Shown: positions 1 through 14,963 of the stretch, piece after piece
Layout of the letters: each line of letters begins with the position of its first letter
Numbering within the stretch: the first letter of the stretch is position 1
NCBI GenBank assembly: GCA_012295275.1
Contig: CM022670.1
Location: 9,424,001-9,488,000, forward strand
DNA: 64,000 bases
From: Chrysomallon squamiferum
Taxonomy: Eukaryota; Animalia; Mollusca
Direction of reading: 5' to 3'
Notes under the pieces: generated by a model
What the model saw: only the letters and a program-made list of their open reading frames with translations
Told to the model about the DNA's origin: nothing
Database searches by the model: none
Program-made: the position numbers and the translations under genes

Positions 1-2466
1 AGAAATATATGTGCATGTATGCTGTATGTGTTTCAAAATTACCTTACAAAACATTAAGTTATATATGTTTTAAAATGTGTTTTCTATATTTGTTTTTCTG
101 CCATTTCTTGGTGTCATTTAAGAAAATATTTATGTCAAAAAGGAAAGTGCTGAATATATATATATGTGTGTGTCTTTGTGTGAGCATCTGCATCTGTATG
201 ATGTATATATTTGAACAAGAATAAAAAATTGCAAAAAAAACTGGTAACTTAAAGAAAAAATCTCTTTATTTATTTTCATTTCAAGGATTTTTTTTTTTTT
301 TTTAATTCTGTAAAGCAGCACTGAATAGCAAATCAAAATAAAGAACCTGCAGTAGTTTTTATTTCTTTGGGGAAGAAACAAAATGAAAAAACCTATTTGG
401 GCTGTTGTTTTAACTTCACAACTTTTCAATCACTCTTACAGTAAATCAATATAGAATGACAGAATGATTCACAGTATCTGGCTAGGAGAATGTATAGGGT
501 TATTTCTTTCTTGTCTTGTGGGAAAAGATATAAAAACATTCCTTCCAACTAACCAGTAAGAATGGCCCATGGAATGGCATTAGGGTTCTTCTAATGCAAT
601 TTAAACCAATATGTTTGAAAGTTAAGCCAATCAGTATCATGTATTTCTTTATTGTAACATTTTACTCCATTTGAATAGGTCCTTGTAGAACAAAATTAGC
701 TTGGAAATTGATACAAAATTACATTATATATTTCACAGAAAATGTCTCTTATAAAATATACTGACTGGACAGTAATTTCATTAATGGATTATCGAATCTG
801 AGTATGTATTCTTAGATTCAGGTTTTAATTTTAAAATCAGTATTTTCAGAACATTTTATAAAGAAAATTAAAATGCTTTTAAGATTAAACTGTTATGATC
901 AAAATTAAAACTGTCATTTATTATTTCAATAATAGCGTGGTTGGCATGTGAATGTATTTACCTTTATTGACATTAATCAGGATAAATGAGAAAAAATAAA
1001 AATAAAAAAATAAAAAATAAAGATTAAACAATCAGCCTTAAATCTTGCTTCATATTCAAGAACCAGTTATTTTAGTTACCCATTAAAAAACTGTCAAGAT
1101 ATGGGCTTTTAAAATTTTATTTATTATCATTATGTTTTTGTTCTGTAATTTTCATTTATTGGGTTTGTTATTAATCCTATTATTATTTTTTTAAATAGCA
1201 AAATCATAGTCTAGACAATTTTTTTAAAAATCATGAAAACTTTTGTGGTAGGACATTGTCTATAATGTATCTATGTATGCAAATATGTATAGATGATAGC
1301 AGTTATAAAAAAAACTGTGTCACCGAATTTATAATACAACTTACAATAATGTATAAAGAGTTCTTTCATTTGAAACAAAATCTCATTTTTGATATGTCCA
1401 AAATAATTGAGTATGTTTTATAGAGATATTTTATTGTAAAGATGATGCAAACTTCTTTATATATTTATGTCAAGTTTACTAGGCCAAATTAAATCAAAGT
1501 TTCTATTTCATTTGGGTTTTTTTTTTCATTTTGCTTCAGCTTATGTTAATATTTACTTGTGGATACAACTATGTCAACTTGTTATGCATCCCAGTATGTT
1601 ATGTACACATTAATATATAATATTTTTTTAAATATCTATACCGTGAATCAATGAGATTCAAACATCTTATTTAAAAAGAAATAATATTAATAAAAATATT
1701 TGAAATCAGTACATTTTTACATGAATGTTTTACAAGTCTTCAGTTCTTCTTTAATTTCTTCAACAGAGGTTTAATTTTTTATCAGTGTTTACAAAGAGTT
1801 GTTTAAATTTGCTCTAACTTTTAGGTATATTTGAATAGAAAGGAACACAAACCACCGGGCTTTCCAATAAGTGCCAACTTTGTCAAACTAGCATCGAAAG
1901 CTCTCAGCAAAGCAAACCACCTGCCAAGTTCAACAATTCAATCAAGTTACTTCCTGCCCCTCATGCAGATGATATAGGTTAATGTCACACAGATATAAAT
2001 AAACCATAAAACAAAAATAAAAGTCTACTACAATTTTTTTTTTTTGATAGCACTTTAGAAATTGAGGTGTAATTAACACAATAAATTATATATACTGATC
2101 ATCTGCATTAATCTGAACACAGTGTTCATCTACAGGAGCTGTCATTTTGGTATTAAGATAATACACCATCAGCAAGTAAACTGAAATACAGCAGCCAATG
2201 GGCATGATAAATCAAAATATGTAAATAATTTACAAACTATAAGCATTTTAAACTTAGCTTTCTACAAACAGATTATTTAAGAAAATATTTCAGGTTCTTT
2301 TAATCATTTCAAATTAAACAAACATGCTTTATTAACAGAGACCAAGAACAGCAGAAATGCTAATATAGGAAATAATGTTGTTAAATAACAAATCATGTCC
2401 TTTTTTTCCTAAAAATTATTTCCAGATTATTGTTTAACAAACTGTTATAAAGCCTTAAATACTCAC

Positions 2467-2536
2467 CGACTGTCTCAGACACCTCTACAGGTGTGTCGTC
2501 ATCTGGCACAACCCTTTCTTCTGAACCTGAAGCCAT
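2467..2536 (-). CDS. First coding segment of an unidentified gene that probably continues beyond the left window edge (MASGSEERVVPDDDTPVEVSETV...)
   Basis: Exon 2649-2467 has acceptor tttcag| and donor |gtgagt. ATG at 2536 is in a strong Kozak context (GCAGCCACCATGG). Upstream non-coding exons are at 5939-5851 and ~9200-9082. Product not recognised. Confidence 0.5.
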
Positions 2537-4261
2537 GGTGGCTGCAGGCTTAGCTGATCTCCTGGCTTCAACTAGGTTGCTGTCCAAATACTGGACAGAT
2601 GCTTCTCTGTTTAGGTCAAGTTCATATCTGTTGGCATCCCTGCAGCATCCTGAAATTAGACATTTTAAAACTGATTTAGACATTTAGAATTTAAAGAAAC
2701 TGTTATAATACGTTTCAACAAATGCAAGACTGATCTAAATCAGACAATTGCAGATGGACACACAGCAATAACAATCAAAGCAATAAACTTTAATTTCACT
2801 TGTTTTTAAAAACAATAGAAGAAGGTTCAAGTAAAATGAGATAAAATGTAAATGCAACCAATAGATAAAATCACTCTTTATTGGTTTTTATTACTGACAC
2901 TAAAGGATCAGATGTACATATGTCAGGGATCATTTAATACAACAGATGTAAATGTACAGGTGCTTGCAATGGATCCAATCAGATGTCCTTTCCAATGTAC
3001 TTTTTGTCCTATACAATCAATTCTTACTTTTACTGTTCTCAGCACTGATGTTTTGGGGTCTTATAGCCATAATCATGATAATGAATTTTTTTGAAAAAGC
3101 ATATAGGAAAATGGAAATTTAAACAACAAAAAATTTTAAGCAGACAGGTTTGGTTATATGTTTTCCAATTAACAGTTCAAATCCATTTATTTTTTACCAA
3201 TTTAAAAGAAACTTTAATATTCAACCATTTTGATTTGCAAGAAGAACAAAATATGTTTACACATAAAATTCACATAACAGATTTTAAATATTACTTTATA
3301 ACACATGAATTTATCAGTTGTTGATATATAAAATAAATGAAACACAGTTAAACTGGTTAAAAAATCTTATTATCTGTGCTTGAATGAGAATGTAACAAGA
3401 TGTTGAAAATACATCATGAAGCAGTCCTGGTCCTCAGCCTAATAAACAAATACTGGTTAAATGGTTTTATATGCTGTCATAATTACAATCACATCATTTT
3501 ATACTTATACTAAACAATTATTAGCAAACTATTAAAAACCAGATGCACATGTACTGATGTAAACAAATCGTAAATACCATTTTTCAGTGGGGATTTTTAG
3601 ATACATGACTTTATAAGGAGATGTTTTCTGGACATTAAATGACCTCTTAAGCACAAAACTTTTACGCACAGATATGGTAGATTACATTCGTGGAATTCAG
3701 AGTATGTTTGTTGTTACTGGCTGAATGAATCCAAGGAAGTGGGGTCAGTAAAATGTAAATAAGAATAGAAACATAATTGTGTTAGCTGAATACACTTTTT
3801 GTTGTGTGTGTGGATACACTAATAAATGTATATAGCTGTATTACATATGTATGTGTGTATCTAAAATTTTAATAGTGTAACAATCTTGATTTCTTGAGAC
3901 AGTTTTTGTATAACACAAATTAAACTATTATAAAGGAACAAGAAACAAAATCAAATCAAAAGATGAAGTTCAAAATACATTTGTCTGTTCTAAAAATGCA
4001 CCTACATTGTTAATTCTTTGTTTCTAACACTACCTATATATAGGTGTCTGTATTAACATAATGCTGTGATAAACTAAGTACACATACAAACATGGGTGAG
4101 TTTAAATATTGACAGAGTCAACTAATGACAAGAGTAAAGAAAGGTTGATCTGCTACAGGTAAAAAGACATTCATCAAGTATAAGTTTTAAAAGGAAATTA
4201 TTTAAAAAGGAGAAAAAAGTAAACACAGACATGTTGCAAAAACAAATATGCAATAACATTG

Positions 4262-4344
4262 TATAATGTATGTATGTATGTGTTTGTGTGTGTATGTATG
4301 TCTGTATGTCTGTATGTATGTATGTATGTGTGTGTGTATGTGTA

Positions 4345-4416
<72 letters not shown>
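4262..4416. repeat. (GT)n/(GTAT)n compound microsatellite
   Basis: Seen directly; explains the spurious HT/VC-repeat ORFs at 4202-4469. Confidence 0.95.
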
Positions 4417-4417
<1 letters not shown>

Positions 4418-5850
4418 CAATAATTATTCCCAGTTCCGCCTACCAATACAAAATAAAATAACTGAATAAACAAAAGTACCTGAGTCAGCTCTCTATAATT
4501 ACAGACTTCAGGAGTAATTATTTTTTTGCGTACAAACACTTTTGCTTGATTTGGTAGATTTACGAAGTTATAAGTTCATGAAATTTAAATTTACTAAATA
4601 TCATGGTACTTTCCCACTATATAAATGCAGGTATAACATTTCTACACAAGCTAACTCGTATGTTCAGAATTATAGACCACTGGCTAAATAAACTAAGAGT
4701 TCAGCTTATAAAAGCATTTGTCAATTTACATGCTTGGAATATAAGTCGCCCACAACAAAGTGTGTCCATTGATTGAAAGACGGTGGAATTTCAAAGCAAA
4801 TACCACCTAAATGCATTGGCTATCTAGATAATAGTAACAGTTGATCCTTTCCATTGTTAGCCTGTGGCAGCCAAAAGCAAATATTTTGAAGTGAACATCT
4901 CAAACTCAAGGATCTTTAAAAGCTGAATCTGTGCATACTTTAGTAAATACTAGGTTATAAGAATCAAGACTGATGTCTCTGATGACACATACCTAACTTA
5001 AATTCACTTTTTTATCCATAGAAATGAAACATTTTAAGGAAATCCCAAATAAAATATTATCATCCTAGCTATTTTTTTAAAGTTAATCATTTTCCCTTGA
5101 AGTTAATTATTTCCCTGGAAAACACTGCTTTGTTTTAAATTACAAGATTACAATACGCACCAACTCTGAATTATATATTAATTAGTGTTTGTCAATTGTA
5201 AGATAAATAATTAAAGATCCACTATGTATGAATCCATTATTCCACAGTTAAAATGATATGGCAAATGGACATTAATGTATGACAAATTTGTGCTTGTTTG
5301 ATTCTGATTGCATTTTTTTTTGCATTTTATATTCCAGTCTCTAAGTTTTTATATAATGCTACCAACGTCTTTTCAAATGATGTCAGCTTTTTAATTTAAA
5401 ATTTATTTACCAAATTTCTCAGTTTATTAATGATATTGTGAATGTTTCATTCACTATGCCTTTATCTTCACTGAAAGAAAAGATTAGCTGACAATCTGAA
5501 AAAAGAAACTTAACAGGGTACTACTACTACTATAGGGGACAGTTCAAAAGAAATATTTCAAATAGTGCATTGAGCAAAACTGTTACATATATAAGTATGT
5601 TGTTTCATAATAATAAACATGTTCAGAGCAGGATAACCATACAAAAGAAGTGAAGGGTAGCACAGTTTATTCAGCCCACTGACCACAATCTTAAAATATT
5701 TGAATTCATTCATGCAGATGAAAACTAACAGACTATTTAACAATACTAATGCAATATAAATCATTTTATATTTCTTACATCTAATTTGATATTCATGAAA
5801 TTGAATGGAATCTTTTATTAAAAATATTTATTTAATTATTACCCACTTAC

Positions 5851-5939
5851 TGTGATTAACTTTTATCTTGAATGCATCTGAATTTTTGTTACAGGTTGTG
5901 CTTCAGTGCATAAAACGTCCTGAATATATACACCTGGAT
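5851..5939 (-). other. Probable 5'UTR exon of the left-edge gene
   Basis: ccttttcag| acceptor and |gtaagt donor; stops in all three frames; two tiny uORFs (ATG CAC TGA; ATG CAT TCA AGA TAA). Confidence 0.45.
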
Positions 5940-8245
5940 CTGAAAAGGTTGAACTATTTTCAATGTTCATATTTATAAGCTGTTATAACTGCCTTTCATA
6001 ACTTTAAAACTTGAAATACTTGAAATGTCTAATATGTGAGGTTGCTGGAACCTCATACATAAATAAAATAGAATAATAAATGTCCAAACATTTAACAGCT
6101 TTATGATATTTTTCTTCTTTATGATACATCACTGATTTAAAAAATCTAATAGCAAAACTAATTCAGAAGTTTTACACACACAAACAAACCCATACAGACA
6201 CACATAAATGAATAATTAATATGCAACATTTTAACAGAATATGGCACTGAATAGAAAATAATACTTAATTTAATTTATTCATATAACAACTGTTTCTAAA
6301 TACATTTATATTCATTTGTTTTTAAATGATAAACCAAATTAATATGTTTGTCACAAGAATAACTTTTTAAAAAGTGTTTAATTTTTATATATTTTTATAT
6401 CTGATAGAACTGCAAAAGGAAATAATTTAAAAAACAAATTAAAGCATAATAACAAAAATTTAAATTACTGACTTGGGGTAGTCTGAAACAACTCTTCCTA
6501 CTGCTGCATACATTTTACTCAGTGTAAACATAACAGGTTTGAGGAAACATGTTAACAAGGTGGCTGCTACAAAACAAAGACATGACAATACACACAACAG
6601 TAAACAGTATTTGTCATTTTGTTTAACAAACATGTTTAGCAAACATCAACTAACTATACACAGAAAGCATGCTGGTTTCTTGTCATTATCCAAGGATGTG
6701 TTTCATTCAGTTTCCATTTTGTACAGTTGCATTCAATTCACATACATACTTTTATAGATGAAATCTGTGATGAATATTTTGAATGCCTGAATATTTAACA
6801 ACATATACCCTATGGCTAAATTAAAATATTATGTTAACAATGTCATGTTTATGGGGTTTTTGTTTGTTTTTAATGGTTTAATGATACCAGAAAGCAAACA
6901 CGCCACTCTTACCAAATAACAATTATAAATATTTGTTCATAACCACCTTATAATACACTAGAAAGAACATACCTATTCTTTTGACAAACTCTCTGTGAGA
7001 CACACAGTTTTAGTGGTTGGAATGGAATATCATCTAATGTTTGTAAAGGTATTTAATAATAAGGTCAGTCTTCTCTGGTAATTTGCTACATACTGAACTA
7101 AAGACCTTTACTGATATAGTTAATCTCCCCAAAAAGATGGTGTTGTTATATAAGAAATGCTTTAATAAGTTTTTGTTTCTAATTATGTTTAAAAATAACT
7201 TCTCTATTAATCTCTGCTAAGACAAAAGTAAAAAAGATTACTTTAGAAAAAACAAAAATAAGTTTTAAGAAACTGTATGCTGTTGATAATTATTATTTAA
7301 AGAAAATAACTTTATAATATAATAGTAATTTTTCTCAGTTTTCCATAACAAATAATAATAATAAAAATTCATTCATTCATTCATAAATGATATCCTTCAG
7401 GCAAACTGTCTAGTTAGAACGAATTATAAGACTGACATTACAAAAATGTCAGGGTCACCCACAAGTAATGGGTTTAACTTTGTGAACAACCTTTAGGTTT
7501 GATAAGCTGAAGAAACAAGTCTTGATTATTGGCATTCCTGCTTGTACAGTGAGAAATTTAATTTTCTTTGGTTTGTTTACAACAAGAAATGTGATGTGCT
7601 GATAGTAAAACCTATTGATCATGATGGTAGATTACCTCCAACTGTCAATCACTAACGTGAATAAGAAAGATTATTACTTTTGAAGTAACAGACATGCACA
7701 TACAGAAAGAAAGACAAACAAGTAATGCTGATCTTCAAACAAAATGAACATGTTAAGAAAATGAATAAACTTTAATGAAAATTTTTCAATATCTTTGGCT
7801 CTAACATTTCTTTTAACGCAGTGGTGCTTTTATTTAACAGTAAAAAAGATAAAAAGTTACTAATGGACCAACTATTATCATTATACAAATACATAATTTA
7901 TAGCCTTTGTTATACTGATTACTGCAATACAAATTCAAAACAAATTAACCTTAAAGTTTGAGCATCTAGATTCACATATATATTAACCCACAACCTGTTA
8001 CCATTAATCCTAAGCTGAGTACTTTCCCAAACTGTATGACAAATATGTACAGGTGTACTATTCAGAGATTTATCTTTATGTAAACAGCATTTTGCATAAC
8101 AACAATGTGTTTTGGTATCATTAACACTAGAAAACATAAACATAAATGAAACCAGTTACCAGAAATAATGTGAGCAACTTTTTAACAAGTCAAGGTTAAT
8201 TCTGTTATTTAAGAATACATGTTACATAAGATCAAGTTTTATATA

Positions 8246-8278
<33 letters not shown>

Positions 8279-8849
8279 TATTTTTTAAGTATTATGTTAA
8301 ATAAATTTGTAAATTATATGTAGTGGATATTCTGAGACATATTTATAAGCAATTAAAATAGCTTGGCATTACAATATACTATACATAATACAGGCTTTAC
8401 ATTTGAAATTAAATAATCAAAATATTTCCTGTGTAGAAGTATAACAAACTTTGGTGTTACACACACCCATACACATAAGTAAATGTATTAATATAAGATT
8501 CAATTAATACTTTAAAAATTATTTTAAAATTATATTAATGGTCATGTGAATGATATGACGAGATTATGTAAATACATAATTATGATAATACTGATTATTT
8601 TGGATGCATGCGTTTTTTAAAAAATATTAGTTTACTTTATATAAATAAAAAAAACCTTTTATTTTTATTCTAACTTGATGGGCGCGGTCCAAGTTCTATG
8701 TAGATAAACCCTGGTGATAAATTCCTGAACACCTCATAAATTTAGTTAAATATAAAACTTTAATATCTTAGATCTATCAGTATCATCCATGATTCATCGA
8801 ATGTTCATGTTGTATGATCATGTACAGTTAAAATGTTACAATTCCAACA

Positions 8850-9340
8850 TCACATTTTGTGATTTGGTAGTTACTTTGCGTCCATGGCAAACAAAACAAA
8901 CGAAAGCATGGCTATCATAATCAAGACAGACGTGTCTAAAGATAGTAACTGAAATTGGACACAGTCAAACCGGCTTCTTTTTTATCTCCAAGTCTAAGGT
9001 TTACTCTGACTATAGCACCGGACAAATCATTCTGCCTTCTGTATACTACAAACAATTTGTTATAAGCAACAACTAAATTACCTCATTATTATGGATATAT
9101 CCATTCAGTTCAATGGTATTCCAGTAAACTGTAGTGTCTTTCAGTAACTCCACGCTATTTCTGATATTACTTTTCGATCACAGAAACCATACAACAACAA
9201 ATATGGCTGCTTCTGTCGTAGGTCATCTGACCACGTGACTTCTCACTTCAATTGTAAGGTGCTACGAATGACAGACAAATGTAAACCAAACATTTTAGTT
9301 TATTATTATTTATTTTTAAAACGCCGTCGAGCATGACACT
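8850..9340 (-). promoter_or_regulatory. CpG-rich promoter and first exon of the left-edge minus-strand gene
   Basis: Local CpG enrichment; YY1-like AATATGGCTGC at ~9200; E-box CCACGTGAC at ~9231; minus-strand donor gag|gtaatt at 9082/9081. Confidence 0.55.
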
Positions 9341-9769
9341 GACAGCTCCAAATGATAAAAGTACTTTAACTGATTAAATAATAAATAAATGTTCACTTGT
9401 TTGTTTTTTGTTTTTTTAAAATAACATTAAACCATAAATCATTAAATGCCTGTCACAGTTTTGTTTTATGACAGTAAATGACTAAAATAATGAGTCACAA
9501 GTGCCAGAGTTCAAGAAATGGTAGGTTATTAAAACAATAATAAAAATAAACCTTTTGATTCCTTTACAGTGAGTATTAATATATATAGTGTCACATTATT
9601 ATTTAACTTGTTTTTGAATAATTATTCCATTACACTTATTCAAAGTTGAATGTAATTTATCAATCAGTGAAGAAAGGACAGCTTTCACTCAGATTTCATG
9701 CCATACTCAAAATGTAACACTTACTTATACATCATCAGATGTCTTAATGTTAATGTGAAGTGTCTAGTG

Positions 9770-9961
9770 TCATGATACATCACAGAGCTAATTCTCATTC
9801 CAGCCAGTGCTCTACAATGAGATGGTTAATATAAAATATCTAATGATGCTAATAATGAAGTGGCAAATGCTGGTTTCCTTTCATTATCCGATTAGTCTTT
9901 ATGCCAAATAACTAACTAAATATTATTATATATTTAATAAAACATTTCATTCCTTCCTTTT
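9770..9961 (+). mobile_element. Degenerate MetaSINE-like SINE fragment
   Basis: attctcattccagccagtgctctacaa...atgaagtggcaaatgctggtttcct...aataaaacatttcattccttcc matches the copy at 36.8-37.1 kb and the recalled gastropod MetaSINE body and tail. Confidence 0.55.
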
Positions 9962-11939
9962 TGGTGATGATATAATGTGTTAAAAATACAATTTACAGTT
10001 AATCATTTCTAACATAATTAATATTAACCCTGATATAAGACCTATCACCTTAAAGATGACTGATGATAAAAACTGGCCTGTAATTCCATGGATCAAAGTA
10101 AAAATATTCAGTTATTACTTATTATTTGATCACTTTGATTAGAATGGGAAATAATTTTCAGTTAGATAATTATCAGAAAAAATATTAGTTGTATCTGGGA
10201 TTAATTACTTTATTTTTTAATTTTAATTTATTATTATTATTATTATTATAATTATTATTATTATTATTATTTATCAATTTAATTTTATGTATTTATTATC
10301 GATTTATTTAATATTTTTATTTTATGATAAATATTATTACAACAGATTTAATATAATAGTTTTGTGTAACTTTATTAATAATCTGTATTATAAAATGAAA
10401 TACTAGATCAGACTTGAAACACTTAAAAAGCGTTTAATATACATCAGGTGTGTGACATACAACCCAAGGCTTCTATTAGCCAAATGTTTAACATATATGA
10501 TGAATGTATGGATCAATAATATTTAATCAGAGTTGATTTGTAGCTATGGTCATCATTTACGACATCAAATGTCAGGAACAAGTCACATCCTAAAATGATC
10601 TAGTATATATCTACCTTGTTAATATTGGGTACAGATTATTGATTTGTTTTTGAATAGACTGATAGTTAACTACATTAAATGGACCTGGCAGCTGATATTT
10701 CATGGACCAAGGCTGTGGAATGTAGTACCATGATGGAAATTATTATATTTTTAATTTTGTAAATTTTTTGGCTTGCTGTGTTTTCCTAAGAAACTCACTG
10801 AAGGTAACAACATTGTACACAAAATGTTTGAACAAACTCACTGGTCACAAATATTTGTGGAACAAAATCTCAACACTTTTTATTATTTACATTTATTGGA
10901 CGACTACATACCAAATAATGAGAGGAAACATGTCTTTGTCACTCACATCAGTGTCATTTCATGAATTAATAAGGAATTGCTTTTAATGCATCTTTATTAA
11001 GAAAGCCAGGCATCTGATAAACCATTTATGTGACTGCAGCTAGAACAGAATTTAAGCTCAGTATATGCATGAAGGAGGACTGATCCTGTAAAATGTCAAG
11101 GCTTAAAGCTATTCTCCAACTATGCACATTGAGAATGTTTGTTAATAAAATCAGTTTATTCATCATGAACAAAATATTATTATAACACAGATAATGGGAA
11201 ATATACACAACTTTTTATTGACTTTATTTTTAAAAATAATAATAATAAGGGACATAACCTTAATACACCTTTTTTAAAGTGAGTAACATATATTAAATTA
11301 ATTGTATGCAAATATAAATGATAAAATCTCTATCATCTTGTTGCCTTTAAGATAGCTGAGGAATACTAGAGGCTGAACCCAGGAAGATATATATTAAATG
11401 AAATGAAAATAAGTATGCTAACAGAATGTAATGAAATTGCCCTAAGCACTGTTGCATAAATTATGTTATTTTTTCATTAGTTATTTTTTCCTTGTTAAAG
11501 AATTATCAATGTTATGAAAGGAAAAAGGAGTGGAATACAAAATGACAATAATAATAATGAAACAACTTTAACTTTTTTGTTTCTTTTTTTTTTAAAAAAA
11601 TAGGAAAAGAAAAAGAATTAACAAAAGGTATTCTGGACTAGAAGTAAAGAAAAGAGCATCGTAGACGCAGCAGGATTTAGAATAGGAGAGGCCTTAGACA
11701 CCTAGAGTCTAGACTGTTCTATTTTTGAGATCCTCACCCTCATGATTATTGGAAGGTTGAAAAGTGTTTTGAAAGAAATTCAGTGAAACCAAGGATAATG
11801 ATGTGTGTTTAAAATACTGCAGTTCACAATTCCTTCTTTAAAGAACTTGAGACCTTATCATTAATTATAACAGTGATCAGTGAAGAAAAAAATTTGAGCT
11901 GTCATAGAAAGGTTTTCCTCAAGTAATGAATTAAATCAT

Positions 11940-12220
11940 TTGCATATCAACATTTTAATAATAAACGTTATTAGATATCATATATTATGAAATATAGTGA
12001 TGTCAGACAAAGATAACCAGCCATCACTACAGGTTTAGATGCTTAGCAGCAAGAGATCTTCTGTATGCACCTGCCAGTGGTCTGTAAAATAATTATCTTG
12101 TCACCAGTAAACAAGTTATGGGGCAATGACTGCAACAGGAAATACCCAACTGACTGTTATAAAAACACTGATTCTATGCCCTATGCCTCAAGTCAGTTTT
12201 TAACTGTGAGCTACTGACAT
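11940..12220 (-). mobile_element. Degenerate MetaSINE-like SINE, reverse orientation
   Basis: ttagcagcaagagatcttctgtatgcac is the near reverse complement of gcatgttaaagatcccttgctgctaa at ~36981; it ends in ...gtgagctac, like the reverse of a tRNA-derived head. Confidence 0.55.
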
Positions 12221-14059
12221 CTCTTGCCCTTTAGTGAGCAAAGGGCTTAACTAATCTTTATTACAATCAGCTTATTTATTTAAATGTACATTGTTTGTGT
12301 TTCATCTATTAAATGCTTTCAAATTTTTTGGAAAATATTTATTTATTAAAATGCTATGGACAAACAGTGTTGTAGAAAGTTTTGAAGCTACTTTAGTTTT
12401 GAGAAGATGTCTAGTTTTAAATTTATTTGCCCCCAAGTTTCTTATTTTTATATGTAAAAGTCAGGGTTTGTGATGATGTAGCATTTGTTTAAATGTTAGT
12501 TTTAAAGTTTCTTTTATTATTTTATCTATTTATTTATCTATTTATTATTATTGCTATTGTTGTTGCTGATGACTTTTACCTGAAAAGTTGCATAGTATAA
12601 TAATACAATGAAAGCCATTTTCCACTTTTCCAAGCAAATCATTTAACTGCACTTTTATGCTGGTTCATATTTTATATATACAAGTCTTGTGAAATATTAA
12701 TCACATCAGGTATATTCAGTTATGTCAATTATATTCAGTTATGTCAAAGACAGTTATAATTAACAATAAACCTGGTTATTGTATTTATAAAATAAAAAAA
12801 AGATTAACAAGTAGTACAAGATATAGCAAATGTGTAGATATTTATTAACATAACTTTATCATAGATACAGCTGCTTAATGATCAGATACTGTGTCCACAA
12901 TGTCAAAGTAAACACTCAAATAAATATTAAAAAAATAATTTAAAAATGTAAACATTCTGTCTATCTATCTAGTCTTATTTTTGGCATTATAAAGAATAAT
13001 CAAAGCAGGGTTGCAGCTGTGATTAGATTTGTTATAATGATTGTAAATGTGACCACAGTTTTTCTGTTTTGTTTTTTTCAAAATATATATTTTCTTTAAT
13101 TTTATCAAAATACTGTGCCAAAGCCAGTGTAGCTGTGATTAAATAGTTTTGAATATAGGTAAGTAATAAATATCTATTTTTTGATAAATGAACCGATTCA
13201 TATCTTTTTTTATGTACGAGCTGTCAAATCATATACAGTAATCACACACTTATCTTTTTATTCACTACAAAATGCACAGCTGAATACCTATCTTAAGCTA
13301 TTGACTGTTTGTTCTTTTTCATTTTGTTCCATGTCAGTAAGCTGAAAAAAAAAAAATGTTGCATTTGTATGTGTACTGTGCTGGAATTTTTTGTTACCTG
13401 TGATATTTTTTTTCTCTCAGACATTGAAATTCTTTCATGGTTATTTATGTAACAAACTGCAATAGGTTAGGGATATTGAAATCTTATTACAAGTATGTAA
13501 GTGCAAAGTTAAAAATATTTTATTCAAGTCATTTTTTATCTTGATTAAAATGATATTCTTACTATTTCTAGTGACAGTAGAATTATAAATCCACCTATGG
13601 CTTTACTGAGAAACATTTCTTTACGTAATATTATTAACTTGAATAGTTTATTCCCATTTGCCAGATACTTCCTCCTTTAACAGCACAATGTAAACACCCA
13701 CATATATCCACTATATCTCTTTCAGACACATTCAGTGTCTCACACCCACACATATACACAGTCAGTCTGATCCAAAAATATTTGACTAATCAGTTTATTA
13801 ATTTTTCATATTTAGAAGAATAATTTTCTTTATTAATGACACATAACAATTTTAGAGCTCATTTTTTAAATTATTTTATTTACTTCTCCGAGTTTTCATG
13901 GTCTCTGAATTAGTTCAAGTGTAAAGGGTGATGTATTTATTTTTTATATTGTGAGATCCTCTGCCTTGCTGCTTCAGTTCATTCTTCAGAAAAAAACCGG
14001 TACAGCAAGAAAACTCAAAAGTACTTGCATAATAAACAACTAATAATCCACAGCTTTAA

Positions 14060-14063
<4 letters not shown>

Positions 14064-14111
<48 letters not shown>
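14064..14111. repeat. (GT)n microsatellite
   Basis: Seen directly. A similar tract lies at 16908-16947. Confidence 0.95.
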
Positions 14112-14113
<2 letters not shown>

Positions 14114-14908
14114 ATACCATGAATACATACAACATGAAGGTGAGCTGTAGATCAATGGATCAGCATGATTAAAAATAATTTATTCAAATGAATATCAAAA
14201 TGAACAGTTTGAAAATTTTAATTTGATTATAATATGTGCTTTTTGCTACTCTCTTTTAACACTCCCCATAAAAACACAGATAATTTAAAATAACCCAAAT
14301 AAAGAAGGATTTTGTCAAAAACACTTTCCACATAACACAAAGATGTAATTTAACCTTCAGTTTTTGTTTTTGTTTGAAAAAGTAAGAACTTCCTGCTTGA
14401 TATGAAGGGGTGACAACTGCATATGGTTTGCTGACAACATCAGTCCATTAATTTCTGACTTGCTTTTCAACAAAAAAGACAAATAATAAATAATTTATAT
14501 AACAGTTCAAAATAGTATTATGTTGTCATATTATTGTTCATCATCCAAGATTACCAATAAAATTTAATAAAATTAAAAATTTTACAAAGAAGAGTTCAAT
14601 ATATGTATTCCAAATGCCCCAGATTTCTCAGTAGCAGTACAGTTTTTAAAAACCCAAAACAATTATATATATACGAGTTATTTTCACTCTTTCAAAAATG
14701 TCAAAAACAATGAAACAAGAAATAGTTTTAAAAAAAGAAAGAATGATTTTGCATGAAAATTGCTAATGAAACCTTTATCATATTCACAGAAAGAATACCT
14801 AATTTTTTTTTTTTTTTTTTTTTATTAATATAAAGACAAACATTAATTCTGATTGCTATTATCTTTCTTCATTCCTTTTGTTTTTGTATTACCAGGGACT
14901 CTCTGACA

Positions 14909-14960
<52 letters not shown>
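14909..14960. repeat. (AAT)n microsatellite
   Basis: Seen directly. Similar tracts at ~15748-15785, ~29248-29291, ~58997-59029 and (ATT)n at ~63598-63652. Confidence 0.95.

Positions 14961-14963
<3 letters not shown>

Noticed and set aside
4202-4469. HT- and VC-repeat ORFs
   Set aside because: Translations of a GT microsatellite.
12711-12748. 19-nt tandem duplication (tatattcagttatgtcaa x2)
   Set aside because: Simple slippage duplication; no spacers or array structure, not CRISPR-like.
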